A DNA stretch of 64,000 bases from the human T2T-CHM13v2.0 reference genome, Homo sapiens: assembly GCF_009914755.1 (NCBI RefSeq), contig NC_060937.1; one strand, given 5' to 3'. Within the stretch, counting starts at the first letter, position 1; every line of letters starts with the position of its first letter. Below the pieces are notes generated by a model. It made no database searches and had not been told where the DNA came from. It saw only the letters and a program-made list of their open reading frames with translations. Positions 1 to 13,743 of the stretch are shown one piece after another. The translations under genes were made by a program, and so were the position numbers.

Positions 1-120
1 GAGATAGGAGGATTGTTTGAGCCCGGGAGTTTGAGGCTGCAGTGAGCTATGATCCTGCCATCACACTCCATCCAGCCTGGGCAACAGAGAGAGACCCTGT
101 CTCTAAACAAACAAACAAAA
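1..120 (+). mobile_element. AluJ/FRAM-type right arm, cut by window edge
   Basis: gaggctgcagtgagctatgat...cagcctgggcaacagagagagaccctgtctct plus A-rich tail. Confidence 0.9.
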
Positions 121-147
121 CCCAGAAAACAGTAGAAATCTTCACAA

Positions 148-372
148 TAAAAAATCCAGATATTTGGCTTCTTTTGAAAAGTGAGAGATCTGATAAGGTT
201 GGGTTCACATTTCCACATGGGGAGGATGGTTGGAATGAAGAGTAACTGCCTCCCTCAAAGAGGTCAGGGTTCTCAAGTTTACCACAGTCCCCGCCATTCC
301 CTAAGTGGTTAGCCTGACTTTTCACCCAATCATATCACCTCCCTGGCCCCTGCAGACATTTGAGTTGGGGCC
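148..372 (-). mobile_element. hAT-Charlie DNA transposon fossil (MER102-like)
   Basis: aaatccagatatttggcttcttttgaaaa...cctggcccctgcagacatttgagtt resembles remembered MER102 consensus. Confidence 0.6.
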
Positions 373-519
373 TAAGCATTTCATATGATTGTAAACTGTA
401 ATTCTGAAATTTTCTTGATCAGAGATTCTTTTTATAGGAAACACTTATTGTCATCATACAAACCATAGAGTGGGAAACTGAGAAACAGAACTGTTGTGAT
501 ATCGCAGGTGGCATGTACT

Positions 520-545
520 TTTTTTTTTTTTTTTTTTTTGAGACA
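520..545 (-). mobile_element. Ultra-truncated Alu-type insertion (poly-A plus 6 nt)
   Basis: T-run + gagaca flanked by caggtggcatgtact (505-519) and caggtagcatgtact (546-560). Confidence 0.6.
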
Positions 546-569
546 CAGGTAGCATGTACTCTCTCTCAG

Positions 570-838
570 TTTTTTTATTTTGAGACAGAGTCTTACTCTT
601 TTGCCCAGGCTGGAGTGCAGCCTCATTGCGACCTCAGCCTCTCAGGCTCAAGCTCAGCCTCCCGAGTAGTGGGATTACAGGCGCAAGCCACCACACTCAG
701 CTAATTTTTTGTATTTTCAGTAGAGATGGGGTTTCACCATGTTGGCCAGACTGGTCTCGAACTCCTGACCTCAAGTGTTCTGCCCACCTCAGCCTCCCAA
801 AGTGCTGGGATTACAGGCCTGAGCCATCGCGCCCAGCC
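570..838 (-). mobile_element. Alu (S-type, internal deletions)
   Basis: Alu dimer in antisense; TSD agcatgtactct at 551-562 and 839-850. Confidence 0.95.
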
Positions 839-924
839 AGCATGTACTCTTGAGATGAGGAAGAGAGTGGCTGTGCTGCCAAGAGAGGATGTCTTATGGC
901 CCAGACAAAAGACTAGACAACAAG

Positions 925-1452
925 CTTTATTTAGCATGTGTCTCCCATGTGCTAAGCACTATACATAGAGTATTTTGTTTATGGCTGGTGTGATGGCTCA
1001 CGCTTGTAATCCCAGCATTTTGGGAGGCAGAGGTGGGTGGATCACTTGAGCCCAGGAGTTCAAGACCAGCCTGGCCAACATGGCAAAACCCCAGCTCTAC
1101 TAAAAGTACAAAAGTATTAGCTGAGTGTGGTGGCGTGTGCCTGTGATCCCAGATACTAGGGAGGTTGAGGCACGAGAATCACTTGAACCCAGGAGGCGAA
1201 GGTTAGAGAGAGCCAAGATCATACCACTGTGCTCCAGCCTGGGCAAAAGAGCGAGATTCTGTCTCAAAAAAAAAAAAAAAAGATTTTGTTTAATCCTAAC
1301 AGTAATCCTATAAGGCCAGGATGCTTATCTGTCTTTTACAGGCAATACTAAGGGAGGCTCAGAGAGATTCGTTGAATTGTCCAAGGTCACACAGCTAGTT
1401 AGCAACAATATTGACCCAGTTCTGAGTCCAAAGCCTTGTGTTTTCTCCACTA
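925..1452 (-). mobile_element. MIR interrupted by an Alu
   Basis: Antisense MIR core gaggctcagagag...tgtccaaggtcacacagctagt; MIR 3' part left of the Alu. Confidence 0.8.
983..1281 (+). mobile_element. AluS
   Basis: Full dimer with A tail; TSD-like attttgttta on both sides. Confidence 0.95.
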
Positions 1453-2589
1453 AAGCCATATGATCTTGCGGTTATTAGCCTAGCTAATAAAATAAAAACG
1501 GTATCACATTTCCCCACCTAAATATGCATCACAGCCCCATAGGAATACTGACATACGTTTGAAATGCACAGTTCACATTCTTGGCTTTCAAGGTCTTTGA
1601 ATAGGACCCTTACAGTTTGCATATATAAAATCTGAAAAAAGTTTAATGAAACAATACCTACCATTGTTGCGATGGACTCCGATTTTTTTTTCCTTCACAT
1701 TTTAAATTTACTTCCCAATCCATCCATAGGCCCTGCGGTTTGTGAAACATGGAATTAGAGCAACAGTAAAGAAGTTCCATTTCCCATCCAGGGTAACATC
1801 AGGCCTAACTGACAAGTGCAGGTGCTGAGGCTGATTGAATAGGACAGAAAGGAGCAGCCAGGGGAGATGCCGAGCACCCAGAGCCTGCAGCCAAGCTCCC
1901 CAGCAGACCAAATGAAGCTTGTGCCAACACAGTGGGCCTGTCCCAAGCCCAGAGAAAGGCTCTGAAGACAGAAAAGGGGACTGCCTTGCTCTGCCAGGGA
2001 GGCCCAAGACAAAAAACAGCATTCCAGGCCAGAGAATGCCAGGAAATGCAAAGATGCTTGCAAATTTCTGAAGCCTGGGAGAGAAATCCTAGCAGACCTG
2101 ACAAATATCTTCCTCACCTGAGTGAGGCTCCCCACCTTGGATTTGCCTCTAACTAAAATCACAGGCTGGAAATGCAGAAGTCCCTCTGCCAGTGAGGAGC
2201 TGGACCGGTTGGGACAGACAGCCTTACCATCCAAGTTACCAGGCCTCTTTGTTTAAAAAACACTGAGTGCCCAAAGCGGTTTGTAAGGGTAAACAGAGGG
2301 TGACTGCTAACCCATACCTGAAGGTGTTAAAGAAAAAAAAAATCAACAACAAAAAACGTGTATGCTTTTTCTGAAAGGTTGCTGTTGATCCTTGTTGTAA
2401 GGTTTCCTTTTGACTTACAAGAATGGAAATGAGGAAGTAGGAAAGAGATAGCATGGTTCACTACAGTCTAACATAAGTACTACCAGCAAATTGATAGTCA
2501 TGTTCAGAAATGAACTCTGCATTGAACACACTCATGGCATTTGACCAGTGATTTTGCTTCTAGGAAATATTCAGAAATAAGTAAAAAGT

Positions 2590-2749
2590 GGCCAGGCATG
2601 GTGGCTCACTCCTGTATTCCCAGTACTTTGGGAGGCCAAGGCAGGAGGATCACTTGGGCCCGGGAGTTCAAGGCTGCAGTGAGCTGTCATTGTACCTGTG
2701 AATAGACACACTCCAGCCTGGGGACAGAGTGAGACCCTGTCTCTAAAAA
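2590..2749 (+). mobile_element. Alu monomer, FAM/FRAM-like
   Basis: Monomer retaining 7SL-derived cctgtgaatag segment. Confidence 0.75.
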
Positions 2750-2777
2750 GAATTATTTTTAATTAAAAAAATTATGA

Positions 2778-3439
<662 letters not shown>

Positions 3440-3689
3440 TAGAGGACTCAAAGATTCAGATAATTTTACAAATTCAGCATTACTCTAGAAACTGTTCCCT
3501 ATGGGGAAATATTCCCTGTAAAGATAAATATGCACATTTATCATAGCTCTAAACTTTTACCTCTTGTCACTATTGATGTGTCTTCTCTAATAGCTGTTCA
3601 TTCTTTCCCTGTAATTTGGACCTTAGTCCGAATCTTTGCTTCTCTTCTGCTCTCTTTAAGACCTCAGTGACCAACTCTTCTTAGAGGCG

Positions 3690-4510
3690 TTTTAAACACT
3701 GTCATTATGTAAATGACCCTTGATTTCCATTCCAGCCCCAGGCTGTATCCTGGACTTCAGACTCCTATTCCCACCACTCACCAGTTTTGCAAGCTCTCCA
3801 GTTTGCCCTCTAAACCTTACCTCTTTCCGATTTCACTACCTGCAGAATTCCCACACTGGCTCAAATTCTAGCAGTTGTTTTTGACTCCCCTTTCTCCTCT
3901 CCCCTCACACCAACTTCAGTAACATTTAAGTCACAAGAGTTTTTGAATTCTTTTTTTCACTTCTTTTGTTCTGGCATTTATTATTTTGTGGTTAAGAATG
4001 GAGGCTTTGGAACCGGACACCTCTAAGTTTAAAATCCTGGTCCTGGTGCTTACTAGCTGTGTCACCTTGGGCAAAGTGAATGAACCTCTCTGAGCCTCAG
4101 CTGCTTCCATAAAATGATGATATCACCTTTGCAAGAGTGTTGTGAGTTTCAATGAGCTCATATACCTAAAGAGCTCAGCCTACAGTGTAAATCGCTTAGA
4201 ACACTGTAAATGATCAACAGATGTTGGATGTTATTATAATTTTCCTAATGCATACAGCTCCACTGCTTTAAAAACTTTTTATTTAATTACAATGTTTTCT
4301 TCCAAATTAACTACAAAATCCTCTTCTGGCCCTCAGGGCCCTCCCTAATCTGGCAGTTTCTCTCTTGCTTTCCCTCCTGCTGCCCTCCTGATTTCTAATC
4401 AAACTGGACCTTGTACTTTCCCACCTTCAAGATTCTGGTCACACTGTTTCTCTGGCCTGTAATGTCCTTCCCCCTCCTCTGCTGCTAAAACCCAATCTCT
4501 CCTTTTAAAT
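3690..4510 (+). mobile_element. L2 fragment interrupted by MIR
   Basis: Degenerate pyrimidine-rich L2 motifs (gttgtttttgactcccctttctc; tgtttctctggcctgtaatgtcctt). Confidence 0.55.
3988..4235 (+). mobile_element. MIR
   Basis: gtggttaaga...cttactagctgtgtcaccttgggcaa...aacctctctgagcctcag. Confidence 0.9.
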
Positions 4511-4616
4511 ATTTACTGTGTGACAATAAAGATGCTTTCGGAAGTTAAAGCATGTGATTTTCTACATATAACCAGAAATCATAGAAGTTCATAAACTCCT
4601 TCAAAATGTATTGCCT

Positions 4617-4834
4617 TGTGTGGAATATTTACTTTGACACCAAAATATGTATTCGTTAAATTCAATGAATTCAGTCTACGTTTCATTTATTTATATATTT
4701 GTTCATTTATTTTAATTTTAGAGATGTGTAGAATATTCACTTTGACAACAAAATGTGTATTCACTAAATTCAATGAATTCAGTCTAGGTTTTCCTTAAAT
4801 ATATATTTGTTTGTTTATTTTAATTTTAGAGATG
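4617..4834. repeat. Tandem duplication, 108-bp period, 2 copies
   Basis: Copies start at 4617 and 4725; about 87% identical by manual alignment. Confidence 0.9.
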
Positions 4835-4922
4835 GGGTCTCACTATGTTGCCCAGGCTCAAGGGATCCTCCTGCCTCAGGCTCCTGAATAGCTGGAACTA
4901 CAGGAGACCACTGCACTCAGCT
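4805..4922 (-). mobile_element. FLAM-type Alu monomer (deleted)
   Basis: gagatggggtctcactatgttgcccaggctcaagggatcctcc. Confidence 0.8.
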
Positions 4923-6237
4923 GTAGGTTTTACATTTGGATGAAACCTATTTAGATTTGCATGAAATTAGCCCAGTTTCACAGGAGCAGTGTGGGTGATG
5001 TAGATGCCCTGGGTGAAGCTGGTAGAACTCAGAGAAGGAGAGCCAGGCCTCAGTGAGGACCTGCTCCCTTCTATGTCGGTCGCTCTCACGCAGTGCTATG
5101 GTTCCTCTGGCACCTAGTACAGCCACTTTCCCTCCTTCCCTCGCTCCTTTTTCTGTCTCCTCCCCTCCCCGCCCTTCTCTCTCATGCTTGGCAAACACAG
5201 TGCCTAAAGTACCTAGTTCCTGGGATTTATACGTGCCAAATGGCTTTGGGGAACAAGTTTTTCTCAAGTCCAAGCATCAAAAGGCACTTATTTCAACACT
5301 TCAGGGAAAAGTAGTAACTAAGGAAATCAATAATCTCATCCCAAGCAGAAGAATGGATTTTTGTGAGACTCTCCCTATGGTTTCCTGCTCTGCCTTTTAA
5401 AGAGGTGTAATATTAGTCTCTTGAATCTTTTTCCTCTTGTGTGTGTTTTTTTTTCTTTAACCTTACCTTAAGAAATAAATGTAAACTTGCAGGTAGAAAC
5501 TATGTCCTGACCTAAGTATTATATGATAACAAGTTGTTTTCAAGTACTGTATGTTTGTTAAAGACAATTAGAAGACTCAAAAAAACACTTTCATGTATCT
5601 ATACATTCTTCAGTGGCTAGAACTGAACTTTCGATCTTTTTCAGAGGGATTTTTTGATGGAGAAAAAAAAAACACACAGATGAGATTAGAAGAAGATCTG
5701 CTACAGCAACAGAAAAAGAGAATGCCAAGAAGGGGAAGAGTGAAGGCTGGAGAGCGGAAGCCAATGCCAAAACATTCCGAAGCTACCCAACATCTAAGAA
5801 AGGTGGCCTGAGGGAGATTGCAAGCACTAACCGCTAAACGCTAAATGAAGGGTTAGATCTTATCTATGTCCAGAAGGAGTAATAAGAAAGAATGCGTATC
5901 TCCAAAAGCTGAAAGATTTGGACAGGACCCAAGGCGGAGGCCTGGCATTTTTCTAAATTGAGATGCCAATCCCATCATACCTTAGGACTATAAGATTCAA
6001 GGATGAAGACTGGCTCCCCCGGTGGGGCAAAATCAGTGGATGGGACACAACACATCTGCCATCATGATGAAAACAGTAAACCTCTACTGAGGCTCCACTC
6101 TTGAAGCGTGCCTCTGTCAGACCCTAGTTATCCAAGGCTGGTGCTCAAGGGAAAAAGGACGCAGTCTTGGAAGGCCAGGAAGCTTCTGTCTTACTCATTA
6201 GCCTGATATGCCAGCTCCATGTAGGTATTCTTAAGTC

Positions 6238-6483
6238 TTTCTTTTTTTTTTCTTTTGAAATGGAGTCTTGCTCTGTCACCAGTGCAGTGGTGCCTCTTGG
6301 CTCACCACAACCTCCGCCTCCCAGGTTCAAGCGATTCTCCTGCCTCAGCCTCCTGAGTATCTGGGACTACAGGTGTGTGCCACCACGCCCAGCTAATTTT
6401 TGTATTTTTAGTAGAAACGGGGTTTCACCATATTGGCCAGGCTGGTCTCGAACTCCTGATCTCAAGTGATCTGCCTGCCTCGA
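6238..6483 (-). mobile_element. AluS, 5'-truncated
   Basis: TSD-like aggtattctta(a)gtctt on both sides. Confidence 0.95.
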
Positions 6484-6834
6484 GGTATTCTTAGTCTTAA
6501 ATGTGCTACTGTAGACACATATTATTGTCACATAGGTTAATATTTCTCTTGGAGAAAGAACTGAGGCAGGACACCTGAAGGTACTCTTTCAGGCAACATT
6601 TTCACTTAGGAAAGTTCTAAATTGAGTTTGTATCATTCCGTGTCCCTCCTCCTCTCCCTTTCTCTTTTCTCTTCCCTTCTCTCATTGTCCGAAAGATTAA
6701 ATAAAACAAAAACCTACACACAAAAGCAACAGGGAGATCAAGATGGTAAAGACCAAGCTCATGTTTTATTAGTTAGCAGACAGTGGGGCTCAGGCTGCAA
6801 GCGTCTATGGTGGGGCCAGGAGGGGGCAGAAACT

Positions 6835-7030
6835 AATATTTACTGGGCATTCACCATCTGCTAGGATCATAAATACTTTACCTCATTATAATTATCACAT
6901 CAAGCCTTTGGGGTGGGTGTTATTTTCCTTATTTTACAGGTGAGGAAATTAAGGTTGCCTAAGCTTACCCAGCTAGTGTTCCAAACCCATCTTTCTGGCT
7001 CTGAAGCCAAGTCTGACTCGACACCTTCCA
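6835..7030 (-). mobile_element. MIR
   Basis: attttacaggtgaggaaattaagg...acccagctagt...ggctctgaagcc. Confidence 0.75.
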
Positions 7031-7180
7031 TGTCTGTCTCTTTCCCGTTCTGGCCTTTGTCATTAAAACCAACAGTATCAGAAAGATGCACTCCAAAGGT
7101 AGCAAATGACATTGGTAGCGACTTCAAGGGTCTTTGCGGGAAATAAAAAAAATAAAATAAAAAGTGAGGTCTTTACCAAT

Positions 7181-7493
7181 TTTTTTTGTTGTTGTTGTTT
7201 AAATAGAGACAGAGTCTTATTCTGTTGCCCAGGCTGGAGTACAGTGGTGTGATCATAGCTCACTGTAGCCTTGACCTCCCGGGCTCAAGCCATCCTCATG
7301 CCTCAGCCTCCTGGGTATCTAGGACTACAAGTGCACACCACCAACACCAGCTATTTTTTTTTTTTTTTCCGTAGAGACAGGGTATAGCTATATCCTGTTG
7401 CCCAGGCTGGTCCCGAACTTCTGGCCTTAAGCAATCCTCCTGCCTCGGCCTCCTAAAGTGCTGGAATTATAGTGTGAGCCACCATGGCTGGTC
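7181..7493 (-). mobile_element. AluJ
   Basis: J-type arms; TSD ctttaccaatt. Confidence 0.92.
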
Positions 7494-7699
7494 CTTTACC
7501 AATTATTGAGGAGCAATTGTCCTAATGTTAAGATGACAGGTCAGAGAATATAGCCAAGGGGTAGCAGCCCAGCACTCCTCACCCACAGGTGAGTGAGCAA
7601 AGCAAACACAAGACCCCACTCCATTCTGCATCCACCAGGGCTTGGAAGCCTGGCACGGCCATAAAGAATCACCTTTGTGCTCATCATTAAAACTTCCTC

Positions 7700-8745
7700 T
7701 GGGGGTCCTCTCACTCAGTTGCCCGGCCCAGAAACCTGAGTATCATCATTAACTCCTCCCTTTCCCTCACTCCCCGCAACCAGCAAACCCTCCAGTCCTA
7801 GGGATCCTACCTCTTTAATGTGTGTCTCTGATCCCTGTCACTTCCCTTCATTTCCGAGGCCACCTTCTCCTGCTCACTCTACTCCAACCCTGGGCCTTAG
7901 TGTTAGGAAACTCCGAGTGACGTTTCTAAGGTAAATTATGACATTATGATCGTGATGTTCCTCTGCTTAAATAATTCCTGCATGACTCCCTGTTGCCCAC
8001 AAGAGAACGTGCAAATTTCTTTTTTTTTTTTTTTTGAGTCAGGGTCTCCCTTTGTCACCAGGCTGGAGTGCAGTGACATCATCTGGGCTCACTGCAGCCT
8101 CTGCCTCCTGGACTCAAGCGATCCTCCCTCCTCAGCCTCCTGAGTAGTTGGGGCCACAGACACGCACCACCACACCCAACTAATTTTTAAATTTTTTGTA
8201 GAGATGGTGTCTCACCATGTTGCCCAGGCTGGTCTCAAACTCTTGGGCTGAAGCAATCCTCCTGCCTCAGCCTCTCAAAGTGCTGGGATTATAGGTTTGA
8301 GCTACTGCACCCAGCCGAATGTTCAGCTCTTAGCAGAGCATCCTAGGCCACTCATGGTCAGGCCCTGCTTCTCTGTCCTGCCCATGCTGAAGCTCCCATC
8401 CTGAGCCACTGGGAGGTCCTGGGATGGTCATGCTCTCTCAGGCCTTGATGTCTTTCCAGCAGGATAACCTTACACCTGTCCAACTCATGCTTGTCTTTCA
8501 GCTCTGAGAAGCTGCCCCTGACCATCCCATTCAGAGCTTGGCTGTGGGGGAAGCAGTCCCTTGGTACCCCCCATCCCAGCCTGAGCTGCCCCTCCTTGGC
8601 AATGTCTCCAGGGCCAGGGTCTGTACTACCCAGGCGTCTGTGACCTTCACCTCTGTAAGCCCCTGCAGGGCAGGGTGTGCTTTCTTCCCCATTTTCCCCA
8701 GCATCTAACCTCCAGGAGCCACTCAATTCATAATTAAATGTCTAA
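7700..8745 (+). mobile_element. L2 3' region, interrupted by antisense AluJ (8016-8316)
   Basis: ccagaaacctgagtatcatcattaactcctccctttccctcac...ctgtaagcccctgcagggcaggg. Confidence 0.7.
8016..8316 (-). mobile_element. AluJ
   Basis: Full antisense dimer with J-type residues. Confidence 0.92.
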
Positions 8746-8990
8746 AATGATAAAGTGGGGGAAAGTAATGAAGGAATAAGAGTCTATTACCAGCTTTGCT
8801 ACCAACTACTCTATACCTGCTACTAAAACTGAGTGAAGCAGGATGCTATTTTGCCATTCCTGAAGTAGGATCTTCACCACGTTCCTCACCCTCCATCCCC
8901 CAACAACCGCTACTCTGTCTCAGGGACTGGGATGGGTATAAGAGCTTATTACATTGTTTTGTTTTTTGTTTTCACCATTAAGAAAAAATG

Positions 8991-9113
8991 GGCCAGGCGC
9001 AGTGGTTCACGCCTGTAATCCCAGCACTTTGGGAGGCCAAGGCAGGAGGACTGCTTGAGCCCAGGAGTTCAAAACTAGCCTAGGAAACATTGTGAGACCC
9101 TGTCTCAAAAAAA
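8991..9113 (+). mobile_element. FLAM_C-type Alu monomer
   Basis: Left monomer ending gagaccctgtctc plus A tail. Confidence 0.85.
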
Positions 9114-9239
9114 GAAAGAGAGAAAGAGAGAGAGAGAAAAGAAGGAGGAGGAGTAGGAGGAAGAGGAAAGAGGAGAGGAGAGGAGAGAAGAAGAGAAGGG
9201 AAGAAAAGAGAAGGGAAGAGAAGAGAAGAGAAGGGAAGA
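9114..9239. repeat. GA-rich low-complexity tract
   Basis: (GA)n, (GGA)n and (GAAGA)n expansion of the Alu tail. Confidence 0.95.
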
Positions 9240-9386
9240 TGACATGGAAGTGGAAATACACAGTGCAATCTTTTATTCTATAGATTACTCTTCTTCCAGG
9301 AGACAAAGAGCCAAGGGGATAAACAGCCAAAGGACCTCTCACAGCTGGGTAAATGTGCAAAAAATGGGAGATAAGTATTAATATAG

Positions 9387-9757
<371 letters not shown>

Positions 9758-12700
9758 TGAGAGACCCTAACTCCCACTTATAACATAGGAAGGCAACTTG
9801 GGAGACACTGGGGGCAGCCCCCAAAGGGCACCAGCTCAGCATGCCGCAGCCATCACAAAGCCACCAAACTGTGTGGTGTCACCGGAAAACACGGAAAACA
9901 CCAGTGTCCTGCCTTGAGTACCTATGACTTTTTTTTAGAGCGAGGGTCTCTCTAGAGATGGGCAACAAAAATAATCAAGTGCATGCTGAGACTTATAAAT
10001 AAAAGTAGATAAAGAGAAGAAAAGACAGCAGATCTGCAATCACTAACATCAAAGGAAAAGCGGGAGCATGAGGAAGATAAGTCATGAAAAGCACAGGTAG
10101 GGTGAACCTACAAGACTAGAAATAGTGGAATTCCTTAAAGTTTGACCAAAGTAACTTAGGGACGCTTATGGGGAAAATATTACAGTATCTTACAATAGTA
10201 TTTTAAATACTCTTTGCTGTTCATTAGACTAGTAAGTAGTAGTTTAAGGAAGATTTATGGAATTTTAGAACACAGTTATAATCAAATCCAGCATCCCTAT
10301 GTCTTAGATGAAAGAAATTGGATCTAGAGAAAGTCAGTGCCTTGCCCGGGGCCATACACCACCTTACAGCAGAGCTGAAGCTCGAACCCTTGATTTCTAT
10401 TCATGCTTTTTCTATTAGATTATTTAATATGAAAACACTATGACTGATGATAGAGGCCCAAGATAGGGATGTTGGAGACAAGGCCAGATAAATAAGGTAT
10501 TGTTAAGGAAAACCAGGAATGTTGTGTGGCACTACCCTAAAAGTTTGAGGCTGACATGGTACAGCAACAATGTTCTCTCACAGAATGGCCCTTTGCTTCA
10601 CGGTCAGAGGCTGGCATATAGTCTGGTCTGCTGATCTGAACCCATTTCGATTTCTTACTCCCTCAAGCTCGAATCACCCATATGGTCCCACATGGGCAGT
10701 GCACTGGCTGGTTCACTTTGCTGCATTCCCTTAAAGGTTGGATGTTCAAGTCAATTCTAGCCACTCTAGGAATGCTGAGGTCAATGGAATTCTACCAACA
10801 TTTGCCGGCTCTGGGGGAGAGGAGACAGCTGCCAATGGCAGTGGTATGGATGACGGGAGGGCAGTCCATCCTGGAAAATCTACTGCTGCCACAGCCCACA
10901 ATCTGGTAGTCTGAATGCTTAGTATCCAGGAAGGCTGGGAGTGGAAAATATCTTAAGTATTCCTCGCCTCTTGGCACCAGGGAAGCAAGAGAAAAATAAA
11001 GCAGGGGAACCTGTTGGACAGGACTGTCAAGGCCACTCTTGCTGGAGGCTGCCTGCTGCTAGAAGGAGCTGGATGGTTCTTCCTCCCCAGCAGAGAAGAG
11101 GGTAGGACCAGAGAGACTAGAGTGAACGGGATTCCTATTTGCCAAGACCTCCAGGGAAGTGCTGGGAAATGCTCTATCTCTGAGAAAGAGCAAGCTTGAG
11201 CCTTGTTGCTCTCGGTTGGGGTGACATTTACAAATGCCTAAACAACATGATCATGGGAAGAAAGGGAAGCTGCTCCAACAGATACAGTCTGCTGCAGAGG
11301 AGTGCTGCCCGAGGGACTGCACCGCATTCCAAATGTTGGGTGCGGGAGGGGAATAAAAACCTCATTTCACCTTTTTCTTCATGCCGGTCTTATTTCCTCT
11401 GGGTCATTTTATTTTTATGAAAGAATTGTAACAGGAGAAAAAAGGATACAAGGGACATGATAGGGAGAGACCTGAGCCAGGGAGCTGAACAGCAGAGATC
11501 AATGCAGGTGAGTGTGAGAATGCAGTGAATGTGGTCTTGTGTTTTGGGGAGAGATCCTGGTGTCTTTTTCTCCAACACTTTGTGGATGGAAGTGGCTTTT
11601 TCCAACTACCTACAACATCTACACAGTAACCACCTATACTCTTCAGAGGCCAGTGCCCCTAGCTTGCCAGGCCTGAGCACTGCACCTAGTGAGTTCTGCT
11701 TTCAACACTTGGTGCCTTCATCTGCAAGGAGCGCCATGAAATACTTGGCAAAGAGCAGACTAGGAAGGATGGCTTTGTTGAACAGGCTTCTTTATGTGGT
11801 GATCGAATGGGATGCTGTTTCACGTATCCTTTCCTCAGGAAGGTTCTGGGACTCTTTTGCATTTATGCAGAGGGTTGCAGAAAAAATAAGCACCTGAACT
11901 GAATTCTGACTTGATGATTTCTACCAACCTATATATAAACTTTGTGTAATTCAATATCCAAGACATACAGTATGTCTTTTCCTTGTAAGAGGGAAGCAAG
12001 CTAAATGACTTTTTTCCCCCTTACCATTTCCTCCCCTTTTTCTTTCAAAAAGCTGCCGTATCTATTTTATTTTACGGGCTAAAAAAGGTTGCACCACATT
12101 TGGTATTCCACAAAGAGGAAATGGAAAAATTATTAAATAGTGAAGGAAAACAGTATTGCTTGCTTAGAAAATAAGACATATGAACCCTTAAGAATGGGAA
12201 AACACCAGCTACTATGGCAGGGAGAAGACATTTTGCCAAATTTAGAACCCACTTGAAAATCACGGGTTCTAAGTTTAGAACTGAACTAAAAACTTGAGCT
12301 CACATTGCATTTGGCATTGGTTTAAAAAAAATTCTAAGCTACTAATTAAAGGGAAAAAAATTATACTCTTAGTAGTTCTAGAGGCTGGGAATTATTTTCA
12401 AACAAATTCTTTATTGGCTCAATGGAGAAGCCTGCACTTAGAAAAGAAACAATTTTTTTCTAATTAAAATTTCGTTACAAAACAATGATTTAAAATTGAG
12501 GGGAGAAAACATTTGCCAAAGTCTTTAAAGAATTACAGAATTGTTGTGTAATCTTTGAACCCATCCAAATACACCAGGTGGTCATACAAACTTCATATAC
12601 TAAATAGCGTGTAAAACAGACACCATTAATTATAGCCGACCAGTAAACTTCAAATAATAAAAATTCAATAAAAATTTAAACTATCACTAAACAAAACAAA

Positions 12701-12885
12701 AACAAACTCTTACCAGCATTTTTATTTTCTAATTTGGATATTATGATAGTTGTTGTAACATCACTAAGAAATGGATCTGAATTGCTGCTATGGCAATAAT
12801 TACAAAAATTTTAGACCCAAAAGATTCAAAGTAGTAAACAGACATCCACTGGCTTAATGTGATTCCAGGGAGCTATCAACTTTCT

Positions 12886-13230
<345 letters not shown>

Positions 13231-13604
13231 TAAAGATAGCTTATGCTGTCCTCCACACACCTAACATACATACACACATACAGAAATGCATACACATACA
13301 TATATACATATAATAATAATGGCCTAAAAGGAGGACCTGAAATGAAATAATTAGACAAAAGGTTAAACATGAACATTCAGTGCCAATATTCAGCACAGCA
13401 AGCATTCAGAAACACAAATGTTGGGAAAAATAATTTTTCCTTTCTGTTGATTGCCTTGGAGTCTAAATACATTTTTGAGTGACTTTAAGGGAGCAGGCTT
13501 AGCAACTGATGGATTTGACACTCTTTCTTCAGAAACACCATTAACTCAACAGTACAAAACCCTAGAACTTTAATTTCTAGGCACTTCTAAAAACTCTTGT
13601 TGAA

Positions 13605-13743
13605 GCCTGGTGCAGTAGTACGTGCCTGTAGTCCCAGCTACTCAGTAGGTTGAGGCAGGACAGTCACTTGAGCCCAGGAATTTGAGACCAGCCTGGGCAA
13701 TATAGTGAGACCCCCATCTCAAACACATGAACAAACAAAAAAA
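13605..13743 (+). mobile_element. FLAM Alu monomer
   Basis: TSD aaaactctt(g/a)ttgaag. Confidence 0.9.

Noticed and set aside
4617-4834. Possible CRISPR-like or coding repeat
   Set aside because: Only two diverged contiguous copies with no spacers, in eukaryotic DNA.
12560-12710. A/C-rich stretch suggesting a NUMT or small RNA gene
   Set aside because: No match to mitochondrial, Y RNA, snRNA or tRNA sequences that I can recognise.
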